From: an uncultured Eubacteriales bacterium
Lineage (GTDB): Bacteria > Bacillota > Clostridia > Oscillospirales > QAMX01
DNA: 64,000 nucleotides
Direction of reading: 5' to 3'
Assembly (NCBI GenBank): GCA_905205975.1
Contig: CAJLFQ010000003.1
Location: 3,130-67,129, forward strand
Part shown: positions 36,324-45,689 of the stretch, in pieces
Layout: every line of letters begins with the position of its first letter
Position numbering within the stretch: the first letter of the stretch is position 1
The notes under the pieces: generated by a model
The model's input: only the letters and a program-made list of their open reading frames with translations
The model's database searches: none
What the model was told of the DNA's origin: nothing
Translations under genes and position numbers: made by a program

Positions 36324-37289
36324 ATGGAAAAAGTAGTCAAGAATCATACAACTACCTATCGTGAGACAACGAAAGGCGAACGTGCAAAAGCCAAATATCT
36401 GTCTTGGCGTTTTGTCGCGACGATCTTTGGGAACATCTTTGCGTACGTTCTGACCATTGGTATCGCATTCGTCATCATCTACCCGCTGCTTCGCCGTATC
36501 GGCAACGCGTTCAAACCGGTTGAAGAGTTCTACGATACCTCAATCGTTTACTTCCCCAGAAACCCAACCTTTGAGGTTGTGCGTCAGGCTTTCTACAGAC
36601 TGAACTTCAAGCAAGTTGGTATCCCGTCCTTCCTGATGGCGCTGTACGTCGGCCTGACACAGATGGTCGTCGCACTGCTCGTCGGTTACGGGTTTGCCCG
36701 TTTCAAGTTCAGAGGCTCCAGAGTTCTGTTTGCGTGCGTGATTCTGACGCTGGTCGTTCCGCCGCAGACGATTTTGATCCCGCTGTACCTGCGCTTCCGT
36801 TATTTCGATATCCTCGGGATTTTCAAAGCCATTACCGGCCACTCTCTGAAGCTGATCGATACCTACTGGTGTCAGATCCTGCTTTCAGCAACCGGTCTCG
36901 GCTGGAAGAACGGCTTGTACATCTACTTGATGCGCCAGTACTTCCGCGGCGTCCCGAAGGCGCTGGAAGAAGCGGCCTACATCGACGGCGCACGGACGTT
37001 TAAGGCGTTTGTGAAGATCATGGTGCCGTCCGCACTCCCGATGATGCTGACGGTTTTCCTCTTCTCCTTCTCCTGGCAGTGGACGGATACGTTCTACACC
37101 GGCACCTTCCTCATCAAGAAGAAGCTGCTGGCGACGAGCGTCAACGCGATTACGCATGAAAATGAGCTGATGGCATTCAACCTCCAGCAGACGGCTATCC
37201 TCATCATCCTGATCCCGCTGATCTTCCTGTTCGTTGTCACACAGCGTTACTTCGTCGAAGGTATCGAACGTTCCGGCTTGACCGGCTGA
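36324..37289 (+). CDS. ABC sugar permease, MalG-like (pair 2)
   Basis: 321 aa from the ATG at 36324 (track ORF starts at GTG 36318). EAA loop LEEAAYIDGARTFKAFVKIMVP. Confidence 0.85.
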   Translation: MEKVVKNHTTTYRETTKGERAKAKYLSWRFVATIFGNIFAYVLTIGIAFVIIYPLLRRIGNAFKPVEEFYDTSIVYFPRNPTFEVVRQAFYRLNFKQVGIPSFLMALYVGLTQMVVALLVGYGFARFKFRGSRVLFACVILTLVVPPQTILIPLYLRFRYFDILGIFKAITGHSLKLIDTYWCQILLSATGLGWKNGLYIYLMRQYFRGVPKALEEAAYIDGARTFKAFVKIMVPSALPMMLTVFLFSFSWQWTDTFYTGTFLIKKKLLATSVNAITHENELMAFNLQQTAILIILIPLIFLFVVTQRYFVEGIERSGLTG

Positions 37290-37320
37290 TTCTGTACACG
37301 TCGGCGCAAAACAAACCACA

Positions 37321-37355
37321 AAACGGCGCTCGGCCTGCTTGGCCGGGCGCCGTTT
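37321..37355 (+). terminator. intrinsic terminator closing the 12-kb operon
   Basis: 12-bp GC-rich stem CGGCGCTCGGCC / GGCCGGGCGCCG followed by TTT. Confidence 0.7.
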
Positions 37356-37380
37356 GGCATACAGCCGGGAAAAAGAGGGT

Positions 37381-37410
37381 TTGACGCAGAGATACCGTTT
37401 GTGATATAAT
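37381..37410 (+). promoter_or_regulatory. sigma-A promoter of zapA-maf-mreCD cluster
   Basis: TTGACG (37381-37386), 18-nt spacer, TGaTATAAT (37402-37410). Confidence 0.65.
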
Positions 37411-37456
37411 AAAAGATGGAAAATCTTATGCCGATCGTCAAAGGAGTGATGAGCGG

Positions 37457-37789
37457 ATGGCAAACCGCGTAACAATTCAAATTTGCGGGACCTCATTTGC
37501 GCTGCTGGCGGATGAGTCGCCCGAATATGTTCAAAAATTAGCAGAATACCTGGATGCCCGCTGCCCGGCAGGCGACGGAACGCCTCAGATGACAGCGCTT
37601 GTCCTGGGCGGCTTGGCTGCTGTGGAAGAGCTTTTTCAAACACGGGAAAAATCAAAAGAAACCGAAGCGCAGATCCGGACCTATGAAGCGGAAACCGTTC
37701 GTCTCCGCAGCGAACTGGCGGCGCTGAAACGGGAACTCTCTTACCGGGAAACGCAGCAGCGCACCCAACCGGAAGGCGGCAACACATGA
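37457..37789 (+). CDS. zapA: cell division protein ZapA
   Basis: 110 aa. MANRVTIQICGTSFALLADESPEYVQKLAEYLD is typical of ZapA, followed by a C-terminal coiled coil. Confidence 0.8.
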   Translation: MANRVTIQICGTSFALLADESPEYVQKLAEYLDARCPAGDGTPQMTALVLGGLAAVEELFQTREKSKETEAQIRTYEAETVRLRSELAALKRELSYRETQQRTQPEGGNT

Positions 37790-38373
37790 CGCCAATCATT
37801 CTGGCCTCCAAATCGCCGCGAAGAGCAGAACTGATGCAGCAGATCGGGCTGCCGTTTACGGTTTGTCCGGCGGATGCCGATGAATCGGTTACGCCGGAGC
37901 TGTCGCCTGCAGAAGCGGTTGCAGAAATCTCAAAGCGGAAGGCGCTGGCGGTTCGAAAAATGCGGGATGCGGGGGATGTGATTGTCGCCTGCGATACCGT
38001 TGTGGCGCTGGATCACCGGATCTTCGGCAAACCGCATACGGCGGAAGAGGCAGAGGCCATGCTGCACCTGCTGTCCGGCCGTACCCATTCCGTTTTTTCA
38101 GGTCTGACGGTCTGCTGCGGCACAGCCGTGACTTCGGCTGTGGAATGCACCGACGTGACGTTCCGTACGCTCTCTGATGCGGAAATCACTGCATATGTGA
38201 AAAGCGGAGAACCCATGGACAAGGCCGGCGCCTACGGCATTCAGGGACTTGGCGCTGTGCTGGTTGAACGCATTGCCGGCGATTATTTCAATGTCGTCGG
38301 TCTGCCGCTCTGCCGCCTTGCACAGATGCTGTGCCCGTTTGGTATCCGGATTCTGAAATCTGTGGACTGTTGA
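37786..38373 (+). CDS. maf: Maf-like nucleoside triphosphate pyrophosphatase (septum formation protein)
   Basis: 195 aa. ILASKSPRR.ELM, DTVV, and KAGAYGIQG motifs. ATGA overlap with zapA. Confidence 0.9.
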   Translation: MTPIILASKSPRRAELMQQIGLPFTVCPADADESVTPELSPAEAVAEISKRKALAVRKMRDAGDVIVACDTVVALDHRIFGKPHTAEEAEAMLHLLSGRTHSVFSGLTVCCGTAVTSAVECTDVTFRTLSDAEITAYVKSGEPMDKAGAYGIQGLGAVLVERIAGDYFNVVGLPLCRLAQMLCPFGIRILKSVDC

Positions 38374-38388
38374 TTGAGGTGACCATGT

Positions 38389-39219
38389 ATGAGACGCTTT
38401 TTCCAGAATAAAGCCGTGGTGATTGCCTTGATTCTGATTGCTGTGGTTCTGTTGGCGTCCGCTGCGCTTTCGATTTTTGCGAAGGGAACGTCGCTGCCAT
38501 ACCGGATTGCAAATGCCATTGTATCGCCTTTCCAAAAGGGGTTCACCGCCGCCAAAAACGGCGTCGCATCGTTCTGGGACGCCCATACAAAATATGACGC
38601 GCTGCTCAAGGAAAATGAGGCGCTGAAGGATGAATTGCGGGCAGTCAAAGAACTGATCGGCGATGCGGCGCGTTACCGCAGCGAAAATGAAACGCTGCGG
38701 GCGCTGCTCGATATCCGCAAACAGTATGCGAACCTGACCATCGATACGGCATCGGTCATAGCATGGAATGATACGGCTTGGTCGTCTGTTTTTACCATCA
38801 ACAAAGGCACGCGTGACGGGGTTCAGAAGGGATGCTGCGTGATGACGAAAGACGGCGTTGCAGGCGTGGTCACACAAGCCGAATCGACTACGGCGGAGGT
38901 TCGATCCGTCGTGGATTCGCGTTTCAGCGCCGGCGCGTGGATTCCGTCGACCGGTTTGTTCGCACAGGCAAGCGGCGATTTCCGCCTGATGAAAAACGGC
39001 CGCCTGTGCCTGGAACTGATTCCGCTCAACAGCGCCGTCAAAGCGGGGGACCGCGTCGTGACATCCGGCGTCGGCGGCGTTTTTCCGCCGGAGCTTGTCA
39101 TTGGTGAGGTTTCCGCAGTCCAAACGGCGCCGGACGGCATGACCTTGTATGCCGAAGTGACTCCGTCAGCATTGCTGGAACAGATGCAGCAGGTGTTTGT
39201 CGTGCTTGCTTTTGAGTAG
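38389..39219 (+). CDS. mreC: rod shape-determining protein MreC
   Basis: 276 aa with an N-terminal TM, a coiled coil (ENEALKDELRAVKEL), and C-terminal beta domains (VVTSGVGGVFPPELVIGEV). Confidence 0.88.
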   Translation: MRRFFQNKAVVIALILIAVVLLASAALSIFAKGTSLPYRIANAIVSPFQKGFTAAKNGVASFWDAHTKYDALLKENEALKDELRAVKELIGDAARYRSENETLRALLDIRKQYANLTIDTASVIAWNDTAWSSVFTINKGTRDGVQKGCCVMTKDGVAGVVTQAESTTAEVRSVVDSRFSAGAWIPSTGLFAQASGDFRLMKNGRLCLELIPLNSAVKAGDRVVTSGVGGVFPPELVIGEVSAVQTAPDGMTLYAEVTPSALLEQMQQVFVVLAFE

Positions 39220-39233
39220 GAGGCGTTGCGCAA

Positions 39234-39761
39234 ATGAACCTGATCCGAAAAGACTGGATCGTGAAAACGCTGGCGTATGCCTTGCTTCTTGTTTTGATCG
39301 CGGCATTGGAAACATCTGTTTTGTCCGGCTGGCGTATTTTCGGAGCCGCGCCGGAGCTGCTGGTGTTTATTGCGGCGGCTGCGGCCGTCTATGAAGGCCC
39401 TGTCGCTGCCGTGCTGTGCGGTTTTTTTGCCGGACTGCTGCTGGATGGGCTGGGTACCGGCAGCCTCTGGTGGAATACGGTCGCGCTGACCGGTATGACT
39501 GCGGTTATCTGGGCGGTTTCTCCGCTGATCTTTCGCCGCAGGGTTTTGACCGTGATGATGTGGGGCGCGCTGATGCAGTTTCTCTGTGAGTTTGCCCGCT
39601 TTTTCATTACGCTGTATCTCTTTTCAAAATCCGGCCTGTCGCCGGTCGTGACGGTGATCCTGCCGCGTCTGCTCTACTCGGCTGCACTGTCGCCGCTGGT
39701 GATTCTGCCGACGGCTTTCCTGTACAAACGCTATACCCAAGAGCCGTCTATTTTTCGCTGA
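39234..39761 (+). CDS. mreD: rod shape-determining protein MreD
   Basis: 175-aa polytopic membrane protein immediately after mreC. Confidence 0.75.
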   Translation: MNLIRKDWIVKTLAYALLLVLIAALETSVLSGWRIFGAAPELLVFIAAAAAVYEGPVAAVLCGFFAGLLLDGLGTGSLWWNTVALTGMTAVIWAVSPLIFRRRVLTVMMWGALMQFLCEFARFFITLYLFSKSGLSPVVTVILPRLLYSAALSPLVILPTAFLYKRYTQEPSIFR

Positions 39762-39790
39762 AGAACATACATCAAAGGAGGTGAACCGCC

Positions 39791-41833
39791 ATGCCCCGAA
39801 CAAAGCATACCTTCTGGCGTATCTGCTTGGTTGGATTGATGGCACTGACCCTGACAGCAACCATGGCGGTGCGCCTGCTTCGCTTGCAGCTGGCAGCCCC
39901 CGCGGAGACGAAAACCAATGGCGGTGCGCAGAAAACGACGCTTTACACAAGAATCATTCCGGCTGCGCGCGGAGAAATTCTGGATCGCTACGGTCGGAAG
40001 CTGGTCGCCAACCGCATTTCCTATCAGCTGACCTTTGATTATCTCCTTTGGAGCAAGTCCAGACAAAACGATGTCCTGATGGCGCTGACAGAGTTGTGCG
40101 GTTCCTACGGGCTGACGTACGAAGACCATCTGCCGCTGACCGCAGACGGAACGGCATATCAAACCGACCGCTCCGGAGAAGACGCCATGGACAAGCGTCT
40201 GAATCAATTTTTGCAGGCGCAGAAATGGGCGGAGACGATGGAACCGGCAGAGCTGTTCCAAAAGCTCTGCCAACGCTACCGCATCGATGAAACGCTGACA
40301 GCAGAGACGGCAAGGACAATTGCGGGGATCCGCTTTGATCTGGAAACCGGCCGTTTTTCCACGCTGGAACCGTTTGTTTTCCTGAAAGAGATTCCGCTGG
40401 AACTGGCGATCTGCATCGGCGAACGCGCGGATGATTTGCCGGGTGTCCGTGCGGAAACAACCTATCAGCGCGAATATCAGACGATCTATGCGGCGCATAC
40501 GCTGGGGCATCTGGGGCTGATCAATGCCGACGAATACGCGGAACTGGCAGATCAGGGCTATCGCTCCAACGACCGCGTCGGACGGGACGGTGCGGAAAAA
40601 GCGTTTGAATCCGATCTGCATGGCCGTGCCGGATATGAAAAACTGCGCCTGACTGCCGACGGGCACGTTGTTGACGTGCTGGAAGATCGCCCGGCCGAGG
40701 CAGGCAGCAACGTCATGCTGACGATCGATATCCGCCTGCAAGCTGCGGTGGAACGCGCTTTGGCGGAACAGATCGAGTTGATGGTTGCGGAAGGCGTGGA
40801 AGACCCGGAAAAACCACAGGACGTCGCAGGCGGCGCAGCGGTGGTCATTGATATCGCCACGGGCGATGTGCTGGCGGAAGCATCCTATCCGACCTATGAT
40901 CTCTCGCGCTTCAACGAACTGTTCAACGAGCTGAATGCGGACGAACGGACGCCCATGCTCAACCGGGCGGTCAGCGGCATCTATTCGCCGGGGTCGATCT
41001 TCAAGATGGTCACGTCGGTTGCGGGTTTGGAGCTCGGCATTATCACGCCGGAGACGGTGATTGAAGACACCGGCGTCTACCGCTTTTATCAGGACTATCA
41101 GCCATCCTGCTGGCTGTACAGCGCATCTCGTATGACGCATGGCGATGAAACGGTCGTCACAGCGCTGCGCGACTCGTGCAACATCTTCTTCTTTGACGTC
41201 GGCCGCCGCATCGGCATCGAGCAGCTGGCGGAATATGCCCGCGTGTTCGGCTTTGGCGAATACACCGGGATTGAATTGAGCGGCGAGTCGCGCGGTTATG
41301 TCGCCTCGCCGGAATCCAAGAGAAAACTGGAAGGTCGGCCGTGGGTCAACGGCGACACATTGGCGGCAGCCATCGGGCAGTCGTCCAACCTCTTCACGCC
41401 GCTGCAAATGGCCAATTACATCGCAACCCTTGCCAATGGGGGAACGCGTTATGAAACCCATCTGCTGAAATATGTCTGCGCCAGCGACTATTCATCCGTC
41501 CTGTCTGCCACACAGTCGGTCATCGCCGGACGGGTGGAAATGTCGGAGCAGACCTACCAGACCGTGATGGAAGGTATGTCCGAAGTCACAGAGAACGGTA
41601 CGGCAGCCGGCGCATTTAAGAACTACCGGATTCACGTCGGTGGAAAAACCGGCTCGGCGCAGGTTTCTTCCGGTACGGCAAACAGCGTTTTTGCCGCATT
41701 TGCACCGTTTGATGAGCCGGAAATTGCCGTGGTTGTCGTTGTGGAACACGGCGGCTCCGGCAACCGGATTGCGCCGATTGCACGCAGCATCTTTGACGCA
41801 TATTTCGCATTGAAAGAAACGTATCAACGCTGA
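39791..41833 (+). CDS. mrdA: penicillin-binding protein 2 (class B transpeptidase)
   Basis: 680 aa. ARGEILDRYGR, SxxK motif SPGSIFKM, SxN (SCN) and KTGSAQ. Confidence 0.9.
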   Translation: MPRTKHTFWRICLVGLMALTLTATMAVRLLRLQLAAPAETKTNGGAQKTTLYTRIIPAARGEILDRYGRKLVANRISYQLTFDYLLWSKSRQNDVLMALTELCGSYGLTYEDHLPLTADGTAYQTDRSGEDAMDKRLNQFLQAQKWAETMEPAELFQKLCQRYRIDETLTAETARTIAGIRFDLETGRFSTLEPFVFLKEIPLELAICIGERADDLPGVRAETTYQREYQTIYAAHTLGHLGLINADEYAELADQGYRSNDRVGRDGAEKAFESDLHGRAGYEKLRLTADGHVVDVLEDRPAEAGSNVMLTIDIRLQAAVERALAEQIELMVAEGVEDPEKPQDVAGGAAVVIDIATGDVLAEASYPTYDLSRFNELFNELNADERTPMLNRAVSGIYSPGSIFKMVTSVAGLELGIITPETVIEDTGVYRFYQDYQPSCWLYSASRMTHGDETVVTALRDSCNIFFFDVGRRIGIEQLAEYARVFGFGEYTGIELSGESRGYVASPESKRKLEGRPWVNGDTLAAAIGQSSNLFTPLQMANYIATLANGGTRYETHLLKYVCASDYSSVLSATQSVIAGRVEMSEQTYQTVMEGMSEVTENGTAAGAFKNYRIHVGGKTGSAQVSSGTANSVFAAFAPFDEPEIAVVVVVEHGGSGNRIAPIARSIFDAYFALKETYQR

Positions 41834-41854
41834 TTTTGAGGAGGGCAGAACGAG

Positions 41855-42595
41855 ATGAAATTTGCCAATCTCTATGCCGTTGTCTCCGGCAAAGGCGGCA
41901 CAGGCAAGACGACGGTCTGCGCAGCCGTCACCTCCGCGCTGTCGCAGCTGGGCCGCAGCGTCTGCGCCGTCGATTTGGACGTCGGGCTGCACAATCTGGA
42001 TCTGGCACTCGGCTTGCAGGATCAAGCGATTTTCGACTTGGGCGATGTCGTCTCTGGGCGGACATCGCTGGAGAAAGCGCTGATTTCCCGCCCGGACCTG
42101 CCAAATCTATCAATTCTCGCGGCGCCTGCCGACGATACGGATCTGAAACAGACGGACCGCATGGAGGCCGTGCTGAAAACGCTGACCGACCGGTTTCAAT
42201 ACTGTTTCATGGATGCACCTGCCGGAATCGGCAGCGGCTTTCAGATGGCGGCCCGCTATGCCGCACATGCGCTCGTTGTTTCCACGCCAGACACGCCGTG
42301 TATTTCCGATTCGGCGGCGGCGGCAGAACAGCTCTGCGAAATGGGGATTGAGGACGCCCGGCTTGTCGTCAACCGCGTTGTCCGCCGGATGATCCGCCGC
42401 CGGAATGCGTATAACATCGACGAATCCATGGACCGCGTCGGACTGCCGCTGGCAGGCATCGTTTTTGAAGACCGCGCGATCACAGCGGCGTTCAACCGCT
42501 GCCAGCCGCTGATGCTCACGGGGGATAAAGCGGCAGCCGCTTTTCTGGACATTGCGAAGCGCCTGGAGGGCTTTCCGATCCGCCCGAAATTTTAG
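41855..42595 (+). CDS. minD: MinD/ParA-family ATPase
   Basis: 246 aa with deviant Walker A SGKGGTGKTT. Sequence is MinD-like through DLDVGLHNLDLALG. No minC or minE gene is adjacent. Confidence 0.7.
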   Translation: MKFANLYAVVSGKGGTGKTTVCAAVTSALSQLGRSVCAVDLDVGLHNLDLALGLQDQAIFDLGDVVSGRTSLEKALISRPDLPNLSILAAPADDTDLKQTDRMEAVLKTLTDRFQYCFMDAPAGIGSGFQMAARYAAHALVVSTPDTPCISDSAAAAEQLCEMGIEDARLVVNRVVRRMIRRRNAYNIDESMDRVGLPLAGIVFEDRAITAAFNRCQPLMLTGDKAAAAFLDIAKRLEGFPIRPKF

Positions 42596-42723
42596 CGGAC
42601 GCCATTTTTTTCGAGAATAAGACTTGAAAAATCCGGAAAATACTGTATAATATAAGGCAGAAGGCTTTAGACCAGTGCGGTGTGAAGATATCTGCACGGG
42701 TCGGGCAGAAACGGAGAACAACC

Positions 42724-43128
42724 ATGAACATAGCCCTGATTGCACACGATAAGAAAAAGGAACTGATGGTCCAGATCTGCATCGCATACTGCGGTATCTT
42801 GGCCAAACATAATATTTTTGCGACGGAAACAACCGGCAAACTGGTCGCAGAGGCGACTGGGCTGCGCGTTCACCGCTTTCTCTCCGGCGCCCAAGGCGGC
42901 GACCAGCAGATCGGCATGCGCATTGCCTACAACGAAATCGACATGGTTCTCTTTTTCCGCGACCCGCTGACGCCGGGGCCGGGCGAACCGGACGTCCATA
43001 ACCTGCTCCGCCTGTGCGACATCCATAATGTTCCGATTGCAACCAACGTCGCAACGGCAGAAGTCCTGATCCTCGGCATGAACCGCGGCGATCTGGACTG
43101 GCGCGATATCGTCAACCCGAAAAACTGA
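42724..43128 (+). CDS. mgsA: methylglyoxal synthase
   Basis: 134 aa from the ATG at 42724. [25 protein letters not shown] and FFRDPL motifs. Confidence 0.9.
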   Translation: MNIALIAHDKKKELMVQICIAYCGILAKHNIFATETTGKLVAEATGLRVHRFLSGAQGGDQQIGMRIAYNEIDMVLFFRDPLTPGPGEPDVHNLLRLCDIHNVPIATNVATAEVLILGMNRGDLDWRDIVNPKN

Positions 43129-43168
43129 TTTTTTTTCGCCCAACGGGCAAAAAAATCCGCAAACCCTC

Positions 43169-43196
43169 TTGACTTTTCTCTGTGGTGTGCTATAAT
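43169..43196 (+). promoter_or_regulatory. sigma-A promoter of rpmG-secE-nusG
   Basis: TTGACT, 16-nt spacer, TGcTATAAT. Confidence 0.65.
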
Positions 43197-43274
43197 AGTA
43201 GTACCTATAGAGAAAGGTCTTATTTTTTTGACCTTTTTTAGGGAGGCAAAACTTTAAGGAGGTGCCGTTAAATC

Positions 43275-43424
43275 ATGAGAGTCAGAATCACTCTCGCCTG
43301 CACGGAGTGCAAACAGCGGAACTATGACACGATGAAAAACAAAAAGCATACCCCCGACCGGCTTGAGCGGAATAAGTACTGCAGATTCTGCCGCAAGCAT
43401 ACCCTGCACAGAGAGACAAAGTAA
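43275..43424 (+). CDS. rpmG: 50S ribosomal protein L33
   Basis: Not in the ORF track (below 60 aa). My translation: [49 protein letters not shown], with GGAGG upstream. Confidence 0.92.
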   Translation: MRVRITLACTECKQRNYDTMKNKKHTPDRLERNKYCRFCRKHTLHRETK

Positions 43425-43452
43425 TGTCTCGGCTGTCATGAATTGAGAAAGG

Positions 43453-43758
43453 GTGAAGAAAGTGGCGGATAAAGGCCAAACGGACAAGCTTGACGCAGCC
43501 GAACTGAAGCCTGCATCGAGCGGGAAAATCAGCAAGGATAAGAAAAAGCCGAACTTTTTTCAGCGGGTCGGAGCGCGGTTCAAGAAGTGGTTCAAAGAGC
43601 TGAAAAGCGAAGCGAAAAAAGTCACATGGCCGACCTTCCATCAGGTCGTCAACAACACGCTGATTGTTTTTGCGATGGTGATCGTTGTCGGCGCAGTTAT
43701 TCTGTTGGCGGATGTCGCTTTCAGAAACGGCCTCGACCTGCTCATCAGCTTATTTTAG
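43453..43758 (+). CDS. secE: preprotein translocase subunit SecE
   Basis: 101 aa with a K-rich N-terminus, ELKKVTWP-like motif (EAKKVTWPT) and a single C-terminal TM. Sits between rpmG and nusG. Confidence 0.88.
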   Translation: MKKVADKGQTDKLDAAELKPASSGKISKDKKKPNFFQRVGARFKKWFKELKSEAKKVTWPTFHQVVNNTLIVFAMVIVVGAVILLADVAFRNGLDLLISLF

Positions 43759-43789
43759 CGCTTAGCCGCTGAACAAAAGGAGAACCTTC

Positions 43790-44329
43790 ATGTCGGAAGA
43801 AGCGAAATGGTACGTCATCCACACCTATTCCGGTTACGAGAACAAGGTGGCCAAGACAATTGAAAAAACCGTTGAGAACAGACATCTGGAAGAGCTCTTT
43901 CAGGATATCATGATCCCGACGGAAAAGGTTACCGAGATTCACGAAAACAAAGACGGCGACAAAACCGAGGTACAGGTCGAACGCAAGACTTATCCGGGTT
44001 ATGTCATGGTCAAAATGGTGATGAATGACGAGACGTGGCACGTTGTGCGCAACGTCCGCGGCGTGACCAGTTTCGTCGGTCCCGGCTCCAAACCGGTGCC
44101 CCTGTCTGAGGCGGAAGTCATTCGGCTGGGGGGCGAACGCTGCGTTGCTGCTGCGCCGTCCTATCAGGTGGGCGATATTGTCCGGATCTGCGAAGGTATG
44201 CTGGAGGGCTTCTCCGGCACCGTGGAGACGGTTTCACCGGACAGCACCAAGGTCAAGGTGAAGGTCATTATGTTCGGCCGCGAACAGGTCGTCGAGTTGG
44301 ATACGGAACAGGTCGAACTTGACGCGTAA
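43790..44329 (+). CDS. nusG: transcription termination/antitermination factor NusG
   Basis: 179 aa. KWYVIHTYSGYENKV, PGYVMVKM, and a KOW domain (VGDIVRICEGMLEGFSGTV). Confidence 0.95.
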   Translation: MSEEAKWYVIHTYSGYENKVAKTIEKTVENRHLEELFQDIMIPTEKVTEIHENKDGDKTEVQVERKTYPGYVMVKMVMNDETWHVVRNVRGVTSFVGPGSKPVPLSEAEVIRLGGERCVAAAPSYQVGDIVRICEGMLEGFSGTVETVSPDSTKVKVKVIMFGREQVVELDTEQVELDA

Positions 44330-44400
44330 GCGTGCGCTTGCCGCATGCAAACTGTTTCCAGTTTTTTGTTTTTTACAATGTTAGGAGGTTACGCTAGACT

Positions 44401-44826
44401 ATGGCGCAAAAAGTAGTCGGTTATGTAAAATTCCAGATCAACGCCGGTAAGGCTGTCGCCGGTCCTCCGGTCGGCCCTGCTCTGGCGCCGCATGGCATCA
44501 GTCTTCCGAATTTTGTCAAGGAGTTCAACGAGCGTACAAAGGACAACATCGGCTTCAAAGTCCCGGTTGTTGTTACCATCTACGCGGACCGTTCGTTTAC
44601 CTTCATCACGAAGTCGCCCCCGGCAGCAGCTCTGATTAAAAAGGCCTGCGGCATCGAGAGCGGTTCCGGCGTTCCGAACAAGACAAAGGTTGCCACCATC
44701 ACGAAGGAAGATATCCGCAAGATCGCGGAAACGAAGATGAACGACCTGAACGCCAAAGATCTCGAAGGCGCAATGAGCATGATTGCGGGTACCTGCCGCA
44801 GCATGGGCGTTGTTGTCAAAGACTGA
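44401..44826 (+). CDS. rplK: 50S ribosomal protein L11
   Basis: 141 aa; [22 protein letters not shown]. Confidence 0.95.
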   Translation: MAQKVVGYVKFQINAGKAVAGPPVGPALAPHGISLPNFVKEFNERTKDNIGFKVPVVVTIYADRSFTFITKSPPAAALIKKACGIESGSGVPNKTKVATITKEDIRKIAETKMNDLNAKDLEGAMSMIAGTCRSMGVVVKD

Positions 44827-44930
44827 GCGGTTTCAGCTTTTGGAAAAAAGCTCTCCTGATATTAGCAGGGCAAAATTGCCCGAGCGGTGGGAGGATTATT
44901 CCGAAGTACCACTTTGAGGAGGAAATGTAA

Positions 44931-45632
44931 GTGCACAGAGGTAAAAACTATCTTGCTAGCGTAAATACTTACGACAAGCAGAACCAATATGAACCGGATG
45001 AAGCGCTGAAGCTCGTCATCCAGAACGCCAAGGCAAAATTTGACGAAACCGTCGAACTGCATATCCGCCTGGGCGTTGACTCCCGTCATGCTGACCAGCA
45101 GGTCAGAGGCGCGGTTGTCCTGCCGCACGGCACGGGCAAAACCACGCGCGTCCTTGTCTTTGCACGCGATGCCAAGGCTGCTGAAGCTTTGGAAGCGGGC
45201 GCCGATCTTGTCGGTGCGGAAGACATGGTCCAGAAAATCCAGAAAGAAAACTTCTTTGAGTTTGACGCCGTTGTCGCCACGCCTGATATGATGGGCGTTG
45301 TCGGCCGCATCGGTCGTATTCTCGGCCCGAAGGGTCTCATGCCGAACCCGAAAGCCGGCACCGTTACGCCGAACGTTGCACAGGCTGTCAAAGAACTCAA
45401 AGCCGGTAAAATCGAATACCGTCTCGACAGAACGAATATCATTCACTGCCCGATCGGTAAGGTTTCTTTCGGCGCTGAAAAGCTGTCCGAAAACCTGCGC
45501 ACGCTGACGAATGCAGTCGTCCGTGCCAAACCGGCAGCCGCCAAAGGTCAGTACATCCGCTCCTGCGTCGTTACCTCGACGATGGGCCCGGGCGTCAAGA
45601 TCAGCACAGCGCGCGTTTCCGAAGTTCTCTAA
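44931..45632 (+). CDS. rplA: 50S ribosomal protein L1
   Basis: 233 aa, GTG start. [24 protein letters not shown] and GKIEYRLD. Confidence 0.95.
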   Translation: MHRGKNYLASVNTYDKQNQYEPDEALKLVIQNAKAKFDETVELHIRLGVDSRHADQQVRGAVVLPHGTGKTTRVLVFARDAKAAEALEAGADLVGAEDMVQKIQKENFFEFDAVVATPDMMGVVGRIGRILGPKGLMPNPKAGTVTPNVAQAVKELKAGKIEYRLDRTNIIHCPIGKVSFGAEKLSENLRTLTNAVVRAKPAAAKGQYIRSCVVTSTMGPGVKISTARVSEVL

Positions 45633-45689
45633 GATCATCCCAGCGTTTATCAGCGGCAGCAATGCCGTGGATAATAAATCAAAAGCCTT

